Source of the DNA: Candidatus Marinacidobacterales bacterium
GTDB taxonomy: Bacteria > Acidobacteriota > Vicinamibacteria > Marinacidobacterales > DATDRI01
Reading direction: 5' to 3'
DNA length: 64,000 bases
Assembly (NCBI GenBank): GCA_965226495.1
Contig: OZ245365.1
Span: 1,920,001 to 1,984,000 of the forward strand
Shown: piece after piece, positions 1-9,457 of the stretch
How the letters are laid out: each line of letters starts with the position of its first letter
How positions within the stretch are numbered: position 1 is the first letter of the stretch
The notes under the pieces: generated by a model
What the model saw: only the letters and a program-made list of their open reading frames with translations
The model's database searches: none
What the model was told of the DNA's origin: nothing
Program-made: the position numbers and the translations under genes

Positions 1-913
1 TGTCGTTGCCGTGATAGCCCTTGTCCCCGACCACTTCGCGACCCGCGTCTTCATGTATTCGTTCACAATATTCCGCGTTGTTCGCGAGCTCTTGCAGATT
101 TGACTGCGCTTTTTCCAGCGTATCCGGTAGGCTCTTTGTGTCACCCTTCGCGCCTCCGTGAAGCGTCACGGCAATTACCGCACCTTCCCCGCTCATGTCC
201 ACAGCATGCTCGGCTTTGTGCGCCATATCCGTGCCCCCGCTCTTCATTTTCATGATCTCCGCATCCGGCTCGTTCGGATTCACCCACTCCTTGTTCGACC
301 CTTTCTTTGGCCGCTTCTTGTCCAACTTCGCAATGTCCGCTCGGCTCGGCTCTTCGATACCACTCTTGCGCGCAAGCTCCTTCAAATACGATTCGTAGCT
401 TTCCCCCGTGTCTCGACGAACGATTGACCGAAGCGCCGCATTCGCTTCCAGCGTCGTCGCGTCCACACCCAGTGTCTTGCCATCTATCATCCCTCTCGAC
501 GCTAGAATTTCTAGCACCCATCCAAATACAGATTCGTGAACTTCCAGCGGAAGTCGATTCCGTATCCGAGACAGCGACGAATGGTCCGGCGTTCGCTCTT
601 CCATTCCAAGGCCAAGAAACTGGCGCAAAGACAGTGAGTCCGAACACCGCCAGCAGATCCCGCGCTCTGAATCGATGCGCTCAAAGTAGCCGATCAACAG
701 CATTCGAAAATACACACCCGGCGGTATGCTCGGCCGACCTTGCTTCTTCGCGTAATACGGCGAGCATTTCGACTCCACAAACGAGTCAAACTCTTCCTCT
801 CGAAGTACCCGCTCGAGTTCCTCATAAAAAGGGTGACCAGGACTCGACGCAACCGCATCGTGTGGAATCCATAAAGTCTCTTGGCGACTTTTCTTTTTCT
901 TCTTCATCGACAT
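1..913 (-). CDS. IS1182-family transposase, N-terminal part (runs off window start)
   Basis: Manual translation from ATG 913: MSMKKKKKSRQETLWI...GRPSIPPGVYFRMLLIGYFERIDSERGICWRCSDSLSLRQFLG...TPDHSSLSRIR...LGVDATTLEANAA...EVVGDKGYH (DUF772-like N-terminus plus DDE motifs); missing from the ORF track because no stop lies inside the window. Confidence 0.9.
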   Translation of the reverse strand, partial: MSMKKKKKSRQETLWIPHDAVASSPGHPFYEELERVLREEEFDSFVESKCSPYYAKKQGRPSIPPGVYFRMLLIGYFERIDSERGICWRCSDSLSLRQFLGLGMEERTPDHSSLSRIRNRLPLEVHESVFGWVLEILASRGMIDGKTLGVDATTLEANAALRSIVRRDTGESYESYLKELARKSGIEEPSRADIAKLDKKRPKKGSNKEWVNPNEPDAEIMKMKSGGTDMAHKAEHAVDMSGEGAVIAVTLHGGAKGDTKSLPDTLEKAQSNLQELANNAEYCERIHEDAGREVVGDKGYHGND

Positions 914-990
914 GCGATGCAATTTTACATCGTCATCGAATGAGTCTTCAGAGAAATATCGCGGCCGAATACGACTTTTTCAACGGGCTG
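1..990 (-). mobile_element. IS1182-family insertion sequence, left end at ~990
   Basis: Terminal sequence CAGCCCGTTGAAAAAGTC (990->973) adjacent to CTAG (991-994), a likely target site; transposase inside. Confidence 0.8.
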
Positions 991-1802
991 CTAGTGATGG
1001 ATGCTACCGGCCGAGCAAGGCCATCGAGAGAACGAACGGACGACGCTCGCGGTCTCGCCGGAACCAGTACTTCACAAAGGCCGACTTTGCCCTGGTGGAG
1101 AAGAAGCTTAAGGCCGACTGGAGCCCAGAGCAGATCTCCGGCCACCTGCGCCTTCACGGCGAGCTCTCGATCAGCCACGAGACGATCTACACCCACGTTT
1201 GGCGGGACAAGGAGGCCGGAGGACATCTATACCGCCACCTTCGGTGCTCGCCCAAACTTAGACGCAAGCGCCACAACAGCTACGACAGCCGAGGCCGCCT
1301 GGCCGGGAAGCGTCACATCTCCGAGCGGCCGTCTTGTATCGACAAGCGCCGTGCCGTTGGCCACTGGGAGATTGACACCGTGGTAGGAAAAGACGCGCCG
1401 GACTGCGTCACCACGCTCGTGGAACGAAAGACGGGCTTTGCGCTGATCGGCAAGCTGTCCGACCGCAGCATGTTCGGCACTAGCCAGCGAACGAAGATGT
1501 TGCTCCGGCGGGTGCCGGAGCAGGTCAAGACGATCACCGCGGACAATGGCACGGAGTTCCACGACTACGAATCCGTCGAGGAAGCGACCGGCGTCAAGTT
1601 CTACTTCGCAACTCCCTATCACTCATGGGAGAGAGGCAGCAACGAGAACTTCAATGGCCTGCTACGACAATACCTGCCGAAGCGCACCAGCCAAGCAGCG
1701 CTCACGCAACGCCACTGCGATCGTATCGCAAACAAGCTCAACTCACGGCCCCGCAAGAGGCTCGGCTACCGCACACCGGAGGAACGTTTCCGTGGGCTCT
1801 AA
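991..1802 (+). pseudogene. IS30-family transposase, 5' part cut off by the IS1182 insertion
   Basis: WSPEQISG, ISHETIY, GHWEIDTVVG, TITADNGTEF, PYHSWERGSNENFNGLLRQYLPK, LNSRPRKRLGYRTPEE motifs; N-terminal HTH absent; the first 26 aa of the track ORF lie in the IS1182 end. Confidence 0.9.
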
Positions 1803-1807
1803 CGAAT

Positions 1808-1830
1808 GGTGCGCTTCAAACTTGAAGTCA
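1808..1830 (+). repeat. Probable right terminal inverted repeat of the IS30 element
   Basis: GGTGCGCTTCAAACTTGAAGTCA right after the transposase stop resembles IS30-type ends; partner IR is outside the window. Confidence 0.55.
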
Positions 1831-2021
1831 CAAGGAGCTCCCCAGCAACTGCCGCTTTTCTCGAGGCACCTCCGCCCAACGAGTCCGACGGTCTCCATCC
1901 AGTGACTTAGCGGAACTCCAAGCGGCGAAACTCCCAGAAGAAAAATCTGACCTCAAACTACGTCCCGGAGGCATCGGGAGTGAGCGTATAGCCGAGAGCA
2001 TTGGCCGCACTTCGTAAACTG

Positions 2022-3276
2022 CTATGGAGCTCGAGGCAGCGGTGACCTGGGCGCCGGCACTTCCTGACGCCCCCGTCTTTCATCGATCTTCCGCCTCTTA
2101 TCGATCTTCTGTTGGATGAATTCCGCCCCGTAGACATGTTCGGCCGCCAAGCGATTATGGGGAGGGCACAAGAGACGAAGGAATCGCTCGTCGTGGCTGC
2201 GAAAGATGGCAAACGGCCGCTCGTGTTCCACCTGAAGACCGGTCCGCGACCGACATCGCCTCCCATCAACGCTTTTGTATTCGCATTGGTGGTTCCCACG
2301 GGCATGGACCCGCTCGACGGCCTCGGAGGGAATGTATCGCGACCTCGACGGCTTGTCTTCCATGTCCGGCACGCCCGGCCCGACATCATCCGACACCTCG
2401 TCTGGACGAGGTACGGCTTGGGTGGCCTTTTGCCTCGCCTTCCGCCGCTCGAGCTTCCTGTTGGGGTCTTTCTTATCGAGGGCAACGTCCAGAGCCTGCT
2501 CCAAGATCTCCGCCATATGCTTTTGAGCATTCTCCACACCCATGACTTCGGCGAGTCGCTCGAACTTCTCTTTGAAGCTCCGGTTGGCCGAGAACCTGAA
2601 ATTGAACACGGCGGGTCGGGCTGGCTGGAGGATGTTGGGCGAGCTCGGCGACCGCTGGCGCTCGCTCATCGTCAACTCGCGCGGAGGGGCCGTTGGTCTT
2701 TCCGCTGGCGCCGGCTCCATGGCCAGCGGCCGGGCGGGGCGTCTTCGGATCGACGGCTCGAACACCGGTTGGGGCTCGACGCGAACGAGATACTCTAGCA
2801 CCGCTTTCTTGGTCATCCCGGCGCAATCCGCAAGGAGCTTATCGACATTGCTCTCTGTCAGGACGGGCGTGAGGAGCCCTCAGCCCGAGCGTAGGGCGAG
2901 GCCATCGCCGAGTCCCGAAGCGAGAAGCCGTGGGGGTGGGGCCCCGCGGCACTTATGGAAGACCCGCAACCGTGAGACTGATACGGTTCTCGGCCAGCGC
3001 GACGAGGAGCTGAGGGAAGCGAATCGAAACATTCGCGACATGGATTCGCGATGCGACCGAGCCTTCGCTCAGATGAAGCCGCTCGACGCAATAGTGAAAC
3101 GTGCTCTTGTAACCGAGCTCGAGTGCGACCTTCCGCCTCGACATCTCGGCGATATGGGCGATGAGCTGGGCCACGTTTTGTTTCTCGGCGCAGACCAATG
3201 TCTCCGCCGAACGATCCAGCTCGCCGTCAGACAGACGTTCGAGCTTTCCGAAGTAGCTCTTGAATCTTTCGAGCAT
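2022..3276 (-). pseudogene. HNH endonuclease / DUF222-like repeat-family protein split by an 85-bp insertion
   Basis: ORFs 2953-3276 and 2022-2816 join in frame (ISLTVAGL-LTPVLTESNVDKLLADCAGMTKK) when 2877-2961 is removed; C-terminal CEY..GRRC....LQVEH..P...LRLLC..HN. Confidence 0.8.
2877..2961. repeat. 85-bp GC-rich REP/MITE-like element
   Basis: Interrupts the HNH gene, flanked by AG; 24-bp hairpin GCCGTGGGGGTGGGGCCCCGCGGC (2927-2950) is identical to 13743-13766. Confidence 0.75.
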
Positions 3277-3752
3277 CGTCTTCCCCCCAAAGAGTTAGTA
3301 ACCAAATTATACTCCGGGGTTTTAGAACGCCCGCAGGTGGCGTAAGGAAGGTGACGACCGATCGGAATGAAACGAAAATCAAAATGGCGTGGTGAATGCT
3401 GCAGGACGCTAGGTAGCAAACGTGAGCGATGTTTTTGAAGGCGGCGTCATCGCGATGCAATTTGTCGCACGAAAGCTGTCAAGCTTTTTTTTGAACATTT
3501 TTTTCGAGTCTTGACGAACCAGTCATCGACGGCCGGAAAAAGGGTTCGCTGCCGGCGCCTTCACCCACAACCCTCTTATCAGCTCAGGTAGTTTCTCGCC
3601 TGATCGTCATGCTCGTGGGTTTGAGCTCGCTCTGGGCTTGTCCGGTACGCACGAGCGTTTGCACGAGTGATGCGGTGCCGGTGTACGGTCCACCGCTTGA
3701 GGCATCTCGCCGAACGTTGGGCTGTCATACTGCGCGTCCCTTGAACGGCTCG

Positions 3753-4283
3753 TCAATCGCGGAAGGCTTGCTTTGCGACTCTCTCGTAGACTTTTCGGTT
3801 TCCGTCTGAAAAGCAGCAGAACACTACTCTCTCCGGTAGGCGGTTCGCTTCGAGCCAGTCACGGACCGTGATCTGGGCGATCTCCGCTGCCTTGTCGATC
3901 GGGAAACGGTAGGCACCGGTCGAGATGGAAGGAAAGGCGATGCTCTGGAGGTCATGGCCTAGCGCAAGCTCGAGGCTCCGCCGGTAGCAGCTCGCCAGAA
4001 GCTCGGGCTCACGCCTCTTGCCGCCGCTCCATACGGGACCGACGGCGTGAATGACATATTTCGCGAGCAGGGCATAACCTTTCGTGATCTTGGCCTCGCC
4101 GGTAGCCGCGCCACCGAGCGTTTTACATTCCGCGAGTAGCTCCGGGCCCGCGGTCCGATGGATGGCGCCGTCGACGCCGCCCCCGCCAAGCAAAGACGTG
4201 TTGGCCGCGTTGACGATGGCGTCTACATCGAGCTCGGTGATATCGCCCTGTGCGATCTCGACGCGACCGCCTATGTAGGGCAT
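3753..4283 (-). CDS. ymdB: Macro-domain O-acetyl-ADP-ribose deacetylase
   Basis: [28 protein letters not shown] and [15 protein letters not shown] motifs. Confidence 0.92.
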   Translation of the reverse strand: MPYIGGRVEIAQGDITELDVDAIVNAANTSLLGGGGVDGAIHRTAGPELLAECKTLGGAATGEAKITKGYALLAKYVIHAVGPVWSGGKRREPELLASCYRRSLELALGHDLQSIAFPSISTGAYRFPIDKAAEIAQITVRDWLEANRLPERVVFCCFSDGNRKVYERVAKQAFRD

Positions 4284-4393
4284 GGCAGTTCGACTTTATG
4301 ACCGCCGCGAACTGCCGTCAAACCGTAGAGGCTCCTTGATTGTTAGTGCGCGTCGGGATCTGAGCTCGGTTTGTCTCATGAGGAGGACTCGAC

Positions 4394-4560
4394 ATGAGAA
4401 ACATCGCGATCGTCGGGGCTGGGCAAGCCGGCCTTCTGGCCGCGCACGCGCTTCACAAGAAAGGCTATGACATCACACTTTTCTCCGACAAGACATCCGA
4501 AGTTTTCCTGACCAAAACCAGACCGACGGGATCGGCGGGTCGATTCGACATGTCTCTCGA
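4394..4560 (+). pseudogene. N-terminal fragment of a styrene/indole monooxygenase-type flavoprotein
   Basis: RBS GGAGG then MRNIAIVGAGQAGLLAAHAL (GxGxxG FAD fold); similarity is lost after ~56 aa. Confidence 0.6.
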
Positions 4561-4564
4561 TACG

Positions 4565-5169
4565 GGACGACGAGCAAATAGCGAGTTGTGTGGAGCGCAC
4601 CGTTGCCGCTCTGGGCGGTGTAGATTTTCTCGTCAACCTGGCCTGCGTCTACACCGACGAGGGGGTTGCCACGAGCCGCAAAGATTTCCTCGACGCTTTC
4701 AATGTCAACGTCGTCGGCGGAACCATCCTGCTCCAGCAGGCCCGCCCGCACATGGCGAAGCGGGGCGGTGGAGCGGTCGTCAACTTTGGCAGCGTCAGCG
4801 GCAAGTTGGCGCAACCGGGGCGGTGTGCTTACCCGGTGACGAAGGCGTCGATGCTCCAGATCACGCGCAGCCAAGCCCTGGAGTTGGCCGCCGACGGTAT
4901 TCGAGTGAACTCGGTCTCGCCGGGTTGGATTTGGTGCCGGCTCATGGACGAGTGGACCCCACGGCGATCGCGCCAAGACCGACACGGTTGGAGGGCGATT
5001 TCACATCTTGGGTCGGGTCGGGAATCCGGATGAAGTCGCGCAAACCGTGTTGTTTCTTTGTTCCGATCACGCTTCGTTCATCACCGGGACCGATGTGGCG
5101 GTAGACGGCGGCTACACGGCGATGGGACCGGAGCGAGCCGACGCCGCCATCCCCGAGCTGATGTCGTAG
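4565..5169 (+). pseudogene. SDR oxidoreductase (IifB-like), N-terminally truncated and frameshifted near 4957
   Basis: LVNLAC, YPVTKAS (YxxxK), [10 protein letters not shown]; after the shift [36 protein letters not shown], stop at 5169. Confidence 0.8.
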
Positions 5170-5174
5170 AAGGG

Positions 5175-5876
5175 TTATTTGGTCACGCGAAGGCTCGGCC
5201 CGTCGGGTAGCTGAAGCGTCTTACCGTCGAACGTGGCTTCGAACGTCTCGTCCGCGGCGTAGTGGGTTTTATCGGCTTGGACGGAGAACCAACGCAGAGC
5301 ATCGAGTCGGAGCGCGTTTCCCTTTCGTTGGTAGTTACCGGAACCCGCCAACCAATCTCCGTCGGCTCCACCGGGGTTCGTCACTAGCACGAAGTGTTCG
5401 TCGGTGAGAGCGAGCATGCCATGGTCCAAGGTGATGAGCTTCGTTTTCGTGGTGGGGACCTGGACGAGTTTTTCCGTTGCCCCGTTGTCGAAACTGAGGA
5501 GGAGACTGCCGCCCGAACGCTTGTAGCCGACTTCATGGCTAGTACCGGACCGTCCCGCCAGGAGAGTGTCTCCCGCCGGTGTGACCACAATGCCGGTTTC
5601 AACGTCGAACTGCACGACGCCACCTGATTTGAGTTGGTACCTGCCGATATGGGCGTCGGTGAGTTGACGTTCCATGGGCTCGCTGCCGTGCATCGCTTGA
5701 TGTACGAACCGGCCATCGTGGAAGAGGAATAGTCCCACCAACGGCTTGACGCCATGCTCCGGCCTATCGAACGACTCGTAAGACCAAAGCCCCGCGATAT
5801 CGTCGCCGAACGCCATAGATGCTAGAGGGGGTAACAACAGCCAACAGGTCAGAGCAAGCACGGACTTTGTTTTCAT
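5175..5876 (-). CDS. Hypothetical secreted protein
   Basis: Signal peptide MKTKSVLALTCWLLLPPLASMAFG; beta-rich mature region; no family recognised. Confidence 0.7.
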   Translation of the reverse strand: MKTKSVLALTCWLLLPPLASMAFGDDIAGLWSYESFDRPEHGVKPLVGLFLFHDGRFVHQAMHGSEPMERQLTDAHIGRYQLKSGGVVQFDVETGIVVTPAGDTLLAGRSGTSHEVGYKRSGGSLLLSFDNGATEKLVQVPTTKTKLITLDHGMLALTDEHFVLVTNPGGADGDWLAGSGNYQRKGNALRLDALRWFSVQADKTHYAADETFEATFDGKTLQLPDGPSLRVTK

Positions 5877-6038
5877 GTGGCCGGTTATATCACGTCTAAG
5901 GAAGCGCTCTAGTTCGTATTTAGACAACCGCTCGCAGCTTCATTTAGCGACGCCTTCGAGCTTATTCCAATATCGGAGTCATGATTACGTACGAGGATAG
6001 CTTCTTCGTCCTTCCCGTTATGACCCTTCGCAGAGGGT

Positions 6039-6117
6039 CAGGGTTACATTTCTGTAAGACTTTCCGTGCAGTTCAACGTGCAGGGTTACATTTCTGTAAG
6101 ACTTTCCGTGCAGTTCA
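6039..6117. repeat. Tandem duplication, 42-bp period
   Basis: CAGGGTTACATTTCTGTAAGACTTTCCGTGCAGTTCA at 6039 and 6081. Confidence 0.95.
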
Positions 6118-6347
6118 TAAATGCGCATCCCACGGACGTCGCGGTAGTTCAATCCCGCAAAGTTGAAAGTGATATCGATGTAACCGCTTTCCTCGAGGCT
6201 GCCCGTGAATTCAAACTGGAGCGTTTTATTTCCCTGAAAAACGGCGTCCCCGTCATGGGGACAGAAAAGGAGAACCATACATCAACCAAGCAGGGTGATC
6301 GTCCGGTCGGGAGCTCGTATCCGCGGTGAATACGAGAAAGATTGTAC

Positions 6348-6383
6348 GATGTCGACGCGTGACATTGAGGCGACGTTCGCGGA
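6348..6383. repeat. 36-bp sequence, exact inverted copy of 8283-8318
   Basis: GATGTCGACGCGTGACATTGAGGCGACGTTCGCGGA is the reverse complement of 8283-8318. Confidence 0.95.
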
Positions 6384-8561
6384 CGTGCTGAGCGGCACGG
6401 GTGTCTCGAATCGATGTCGTTTTCAATCTTGAGGGTCGCCTTGCCGCCTTTGGCAAGATTCTTAAAAACTAACCACGCGACCCCCTGGAAATCCACTGCC
6501 GAGTACCGGCCGGACTTGACCGTGGCCGGCTGTAGCTCAGGGACGCTGAGGTCGAGTTCCATAGCGTTCAACCCCCGCGCCAATGTTTCTACCAAGCGGG
6601 GTGTCAGTTTTTTCGATCCTTCCGTTTTTTGCAGGATGAACTCTTTCATCTCTTTGTTGAAATAAGTTCCGGTTGGAACTTCCGCAAACAAGTTACGCAA
6701 CTGGCTTAGGGAAGTGTCTGCAACTTCCTCTCCGGCGATGGAGAGCAAAACCCTGTAGCTGGAGAGCAAAACCCCCGAATTCTTTGTACATTTCTGAGTG
6801 ATATGGTGGGCCGGCGTGTGAACTCGAGCTGCTTCGACTGAAGTGTTCGCAACCGTAACAGCAAGGACCTGAAGTGGGACAAGCGTCGACGTCTTCTTCT
6901 TCTTGATGGTGCGCTTCGGCGGCAATATGCCAAAAGCTGTCGCAAACCAACTTAGGGAGTTCGGTCCATGAAGTGAATACCGCCCTACAACGTGATTTAT
7001 AGTATCCCCCCCCAGAACTGCCTGCATAGAATGGGCTGCCTTCAGGATCGCAGCTCCCTGGATTACTATCGAGAACACCGTGGTCGTAGAGTAGGTGATT
7101 GTTTTGCGATTCATAGAAACTTACGTGCAGGTTATTGCAGGGATCGACGGCAAGGGATAGGTATTCTTCGCCATACCATTCCCAGTCTGATTCGTAGATC
7201 GTTTCCCCCGTCCATGAGCCATTTTTCTTGACGTACCAAGGAGACATCACATCCCCGCCTCGAAGCAGGATGATCGGAGATCCGTTCGAATCAACTGCAA
7301 CCATGGCCGAAAAATAGATACTTTCGGGAAAGTACGGATCGCTCAAGTCAACTGACTCTGGTGTGCTCCAAGAGCTGCCTGTGTTGGCGAGGTAATAAAG
7401 CCTACTTGGAGGGTGTGGTGGTGGGACACCGAAGCTGGTCCCCACGATATAGCTGAGGTGATGTGTGCCGTCTCGCAGAACGGATGAAAGACTGTGGACC
7501 CTGTCGTTAGTATTGAAATCTCCTATGGTCTCTTCGCTCCAGTCACCGTTGGCAACAGAGTACGAAAGACGACGCAGCTGATTAAACATAGAATCATGAA
7601 ATACAACATGCACGTTGGGAGGAGGAAAGACGCTCGGTTGATCGATAACTAGCTGGGCCCCTGACGAAGTCCGAACCGAAATCCCATTCTGTCGAACGAA
7701 AGGCACTAGCGCCCAAGAATATGGATAAACTGTAGAACGGTCTTCGAAAGCAAGCTTGAGCTCTTGCCCCTCCGTGTATGCGACGTAAGGGTGTCCCTGT
7801 CGATCCGCGGAGATTGAAAGCGCAAGGGCGAAAGGATAGTTGCCGGTATCTATCGTCTGAATCGACCAGCTGGTGCCTGTTTTTTTCGCGTATTTTAGGG
7901 CCCCATTCACAACGTCGCTATAAGCGAAGTGGGCCCGCCCTTTACGATCGATGTGGATGGCGATAGCGTTGCCTCCGACAGACGGCGAGGAGTCCACCGT
8001 CTCGGTAATCCAATTACCGGACTCGTTCAAGTAGGCGTGTTTCAGTTCACCATTCGTCGCATCGTAGTAGGCAATGTGGACGTGATTGTTTTTGGGGTTG
8101 ACCGCGATCGCACTGTGGAGACCGACGTCAGCGACGGCATCGACGGCATCGACGGTTGTGACTTCAAACGTGTACTGTGCGAAGCTCGCCTGCGGAATCC
8201 CAACGACAACTGACAGCTTAATAAGAAAAACACTCCGACAGACGGCGAGAAATGGCGACAACTCTACTGGTCTGCTCCCTAATCCGCGAACGTCGCCTCA
8301 ATGTCACGCGTCGACATCCCGTGGAAATGGCGCCTGATTGCCGTTACCGCTCCCTCGCCCGTGAGGACCCATGGCACCCCTCCTTCGTCGCGGATTAGAG
8401 TTCAAACTTGAGCCCCCAATATCAACTTAGCTTGGGACGAAATCATACGCGGGTCGCTGTCTGCGTTCAAGCTTTGCGGTCTTGCGGCTCGGGGACATCT
8501 TGGACACGGCTAACCTAGGTAAAGGTTACAGGAAATTATGGGACTCTGATGGTGGGCCGTG

Positions 8562-9224
8562 TTAGCGGGAGACGATTTCGAGAAGCGTCGTATCATCCAG
8601 CCGGTGCCCGCCTTCGAAGCTTTTCTCCTCGAACGGGACGCCGAGTCGGTCGAGGCGCTCTCGGAGCTCGTCGCGGCGTGACTGCGTGAAGAACTCGTCG
8701 CGCGTGCCGCCGACGATCGTCAATTGTATCGCGCGAAGGCGTTTCAGACTTTCGTCGTCCTCGAGCTCCGGCGGGAGGCTCTCCCCCCAAATGATTAGCC
8801 TCGCCGCGTCGACCGAGCCTCGGCACGCCCACCGCGCTGCGGTAGCCGCTCCTTGCGAGAAACCGAGGACGGTAATGTGCGCGGACGCGCCATGGATCCG
8901 AGAGAAAACCTCCGTCTTAACGGCATCGAGGTACTTCAGGTAATCACGCATCTCGTTTTCACGGTCCTCGCGGGTTATCCAGGAGGCACCAACCTTTTGA
9001 TGTGTCCCGTCCACATAGAACCGCGAAAGCGCCTCGGGAGCTACCAAGAGCCTTGTCCCGTCGTCGAGCACCGAGAGTCCTTGGACAAAGGGGGCGGCGA
9101 GCTCTCCGTACCCGTGGCAGACGAACCAGACCTCGGAGGGTTGTGCTGTGGACCCCATCGTGACGAAGCGTGCGGTGCGTTCGACGGTGACGTAGTGCTC
9201 GAAAGTGTTGCGGGAACGAGACAT
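8562..9224 (-). CDS. Phospholipase/carboxylesterase (alpha/beta hydrolase)
   Basis: HGYG oxyanion motif, GFSQG nucleophile elbow, C-terminal GGH. Confidence 0.88.
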   Translation of the reverse strand: MSRSRNTFEHYVTVERTARFVTMGSTAQPSEVWFVCHGYGELAAPFVQGLSVLDDGTRLLVAPEALSRFYVDGTHQKVGASWITREDRENEMRDYLKYLDAVKTEVFSRIHGASAHITVLGFSQGAATAARWACRGSVDAARLIIWGESLPPELEDDESLKRLRAIQLTIVGGTRDEFFTQSRRDELRERLDRLGVPFEEKSFEGGHRLDDTTLLEIVSR

Positions 9225-9457
9225 CTTCTATATTTTATACGAAGAAGGAGAAGGCTGAGACGTCCGGCGGAACCGGAATCGAGAACCGGTCAATCAGGCG
9301 CTTGTCTTGATTAGTGCTTCCCCTCACTGGCCTGGATGTGCTAGTTTCGGCGTCCAGATAGGCAAGAGTCAGCCGGCATTGAGGATTCTTCCTCGTTTTA
9401 TTGGGTAGCCGCGATCGACATTCCTATCTTCCTACATTCGGAGAAGAAAGAGCCCTT

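Larger units (their letters stand above)
6018..8372 (-). pseudogene. Large secreted beta-propeller/BNR-like repeat protein, disrupted several times
   Basis: AAGGAGG RBS and ATG at 8372; repeated HIAYYD..NGELKHA / W..ETVD units; 75-bp insertion at the 5' end, frameshift near 6772, further frame change near 6280, 21- and 42-bp duplications. Confidence 0.7.

Noticed and set aside
307-1386. 359-aa plus-strand ORF and similar long shadow ORFs (13571-14539, 29133-30053, 58138-59697)
   Set aside because: They overlap well-supported genes, lack motifs and are expected in high-GC DNA.
8305-8315. CACGCGTCGAC (MluI/SalI) resembling a RACE adapter primer
   Set aside because: Only 11 bp of a GC-rich palindrome match and the flanks differ; insufficient to call contamination.
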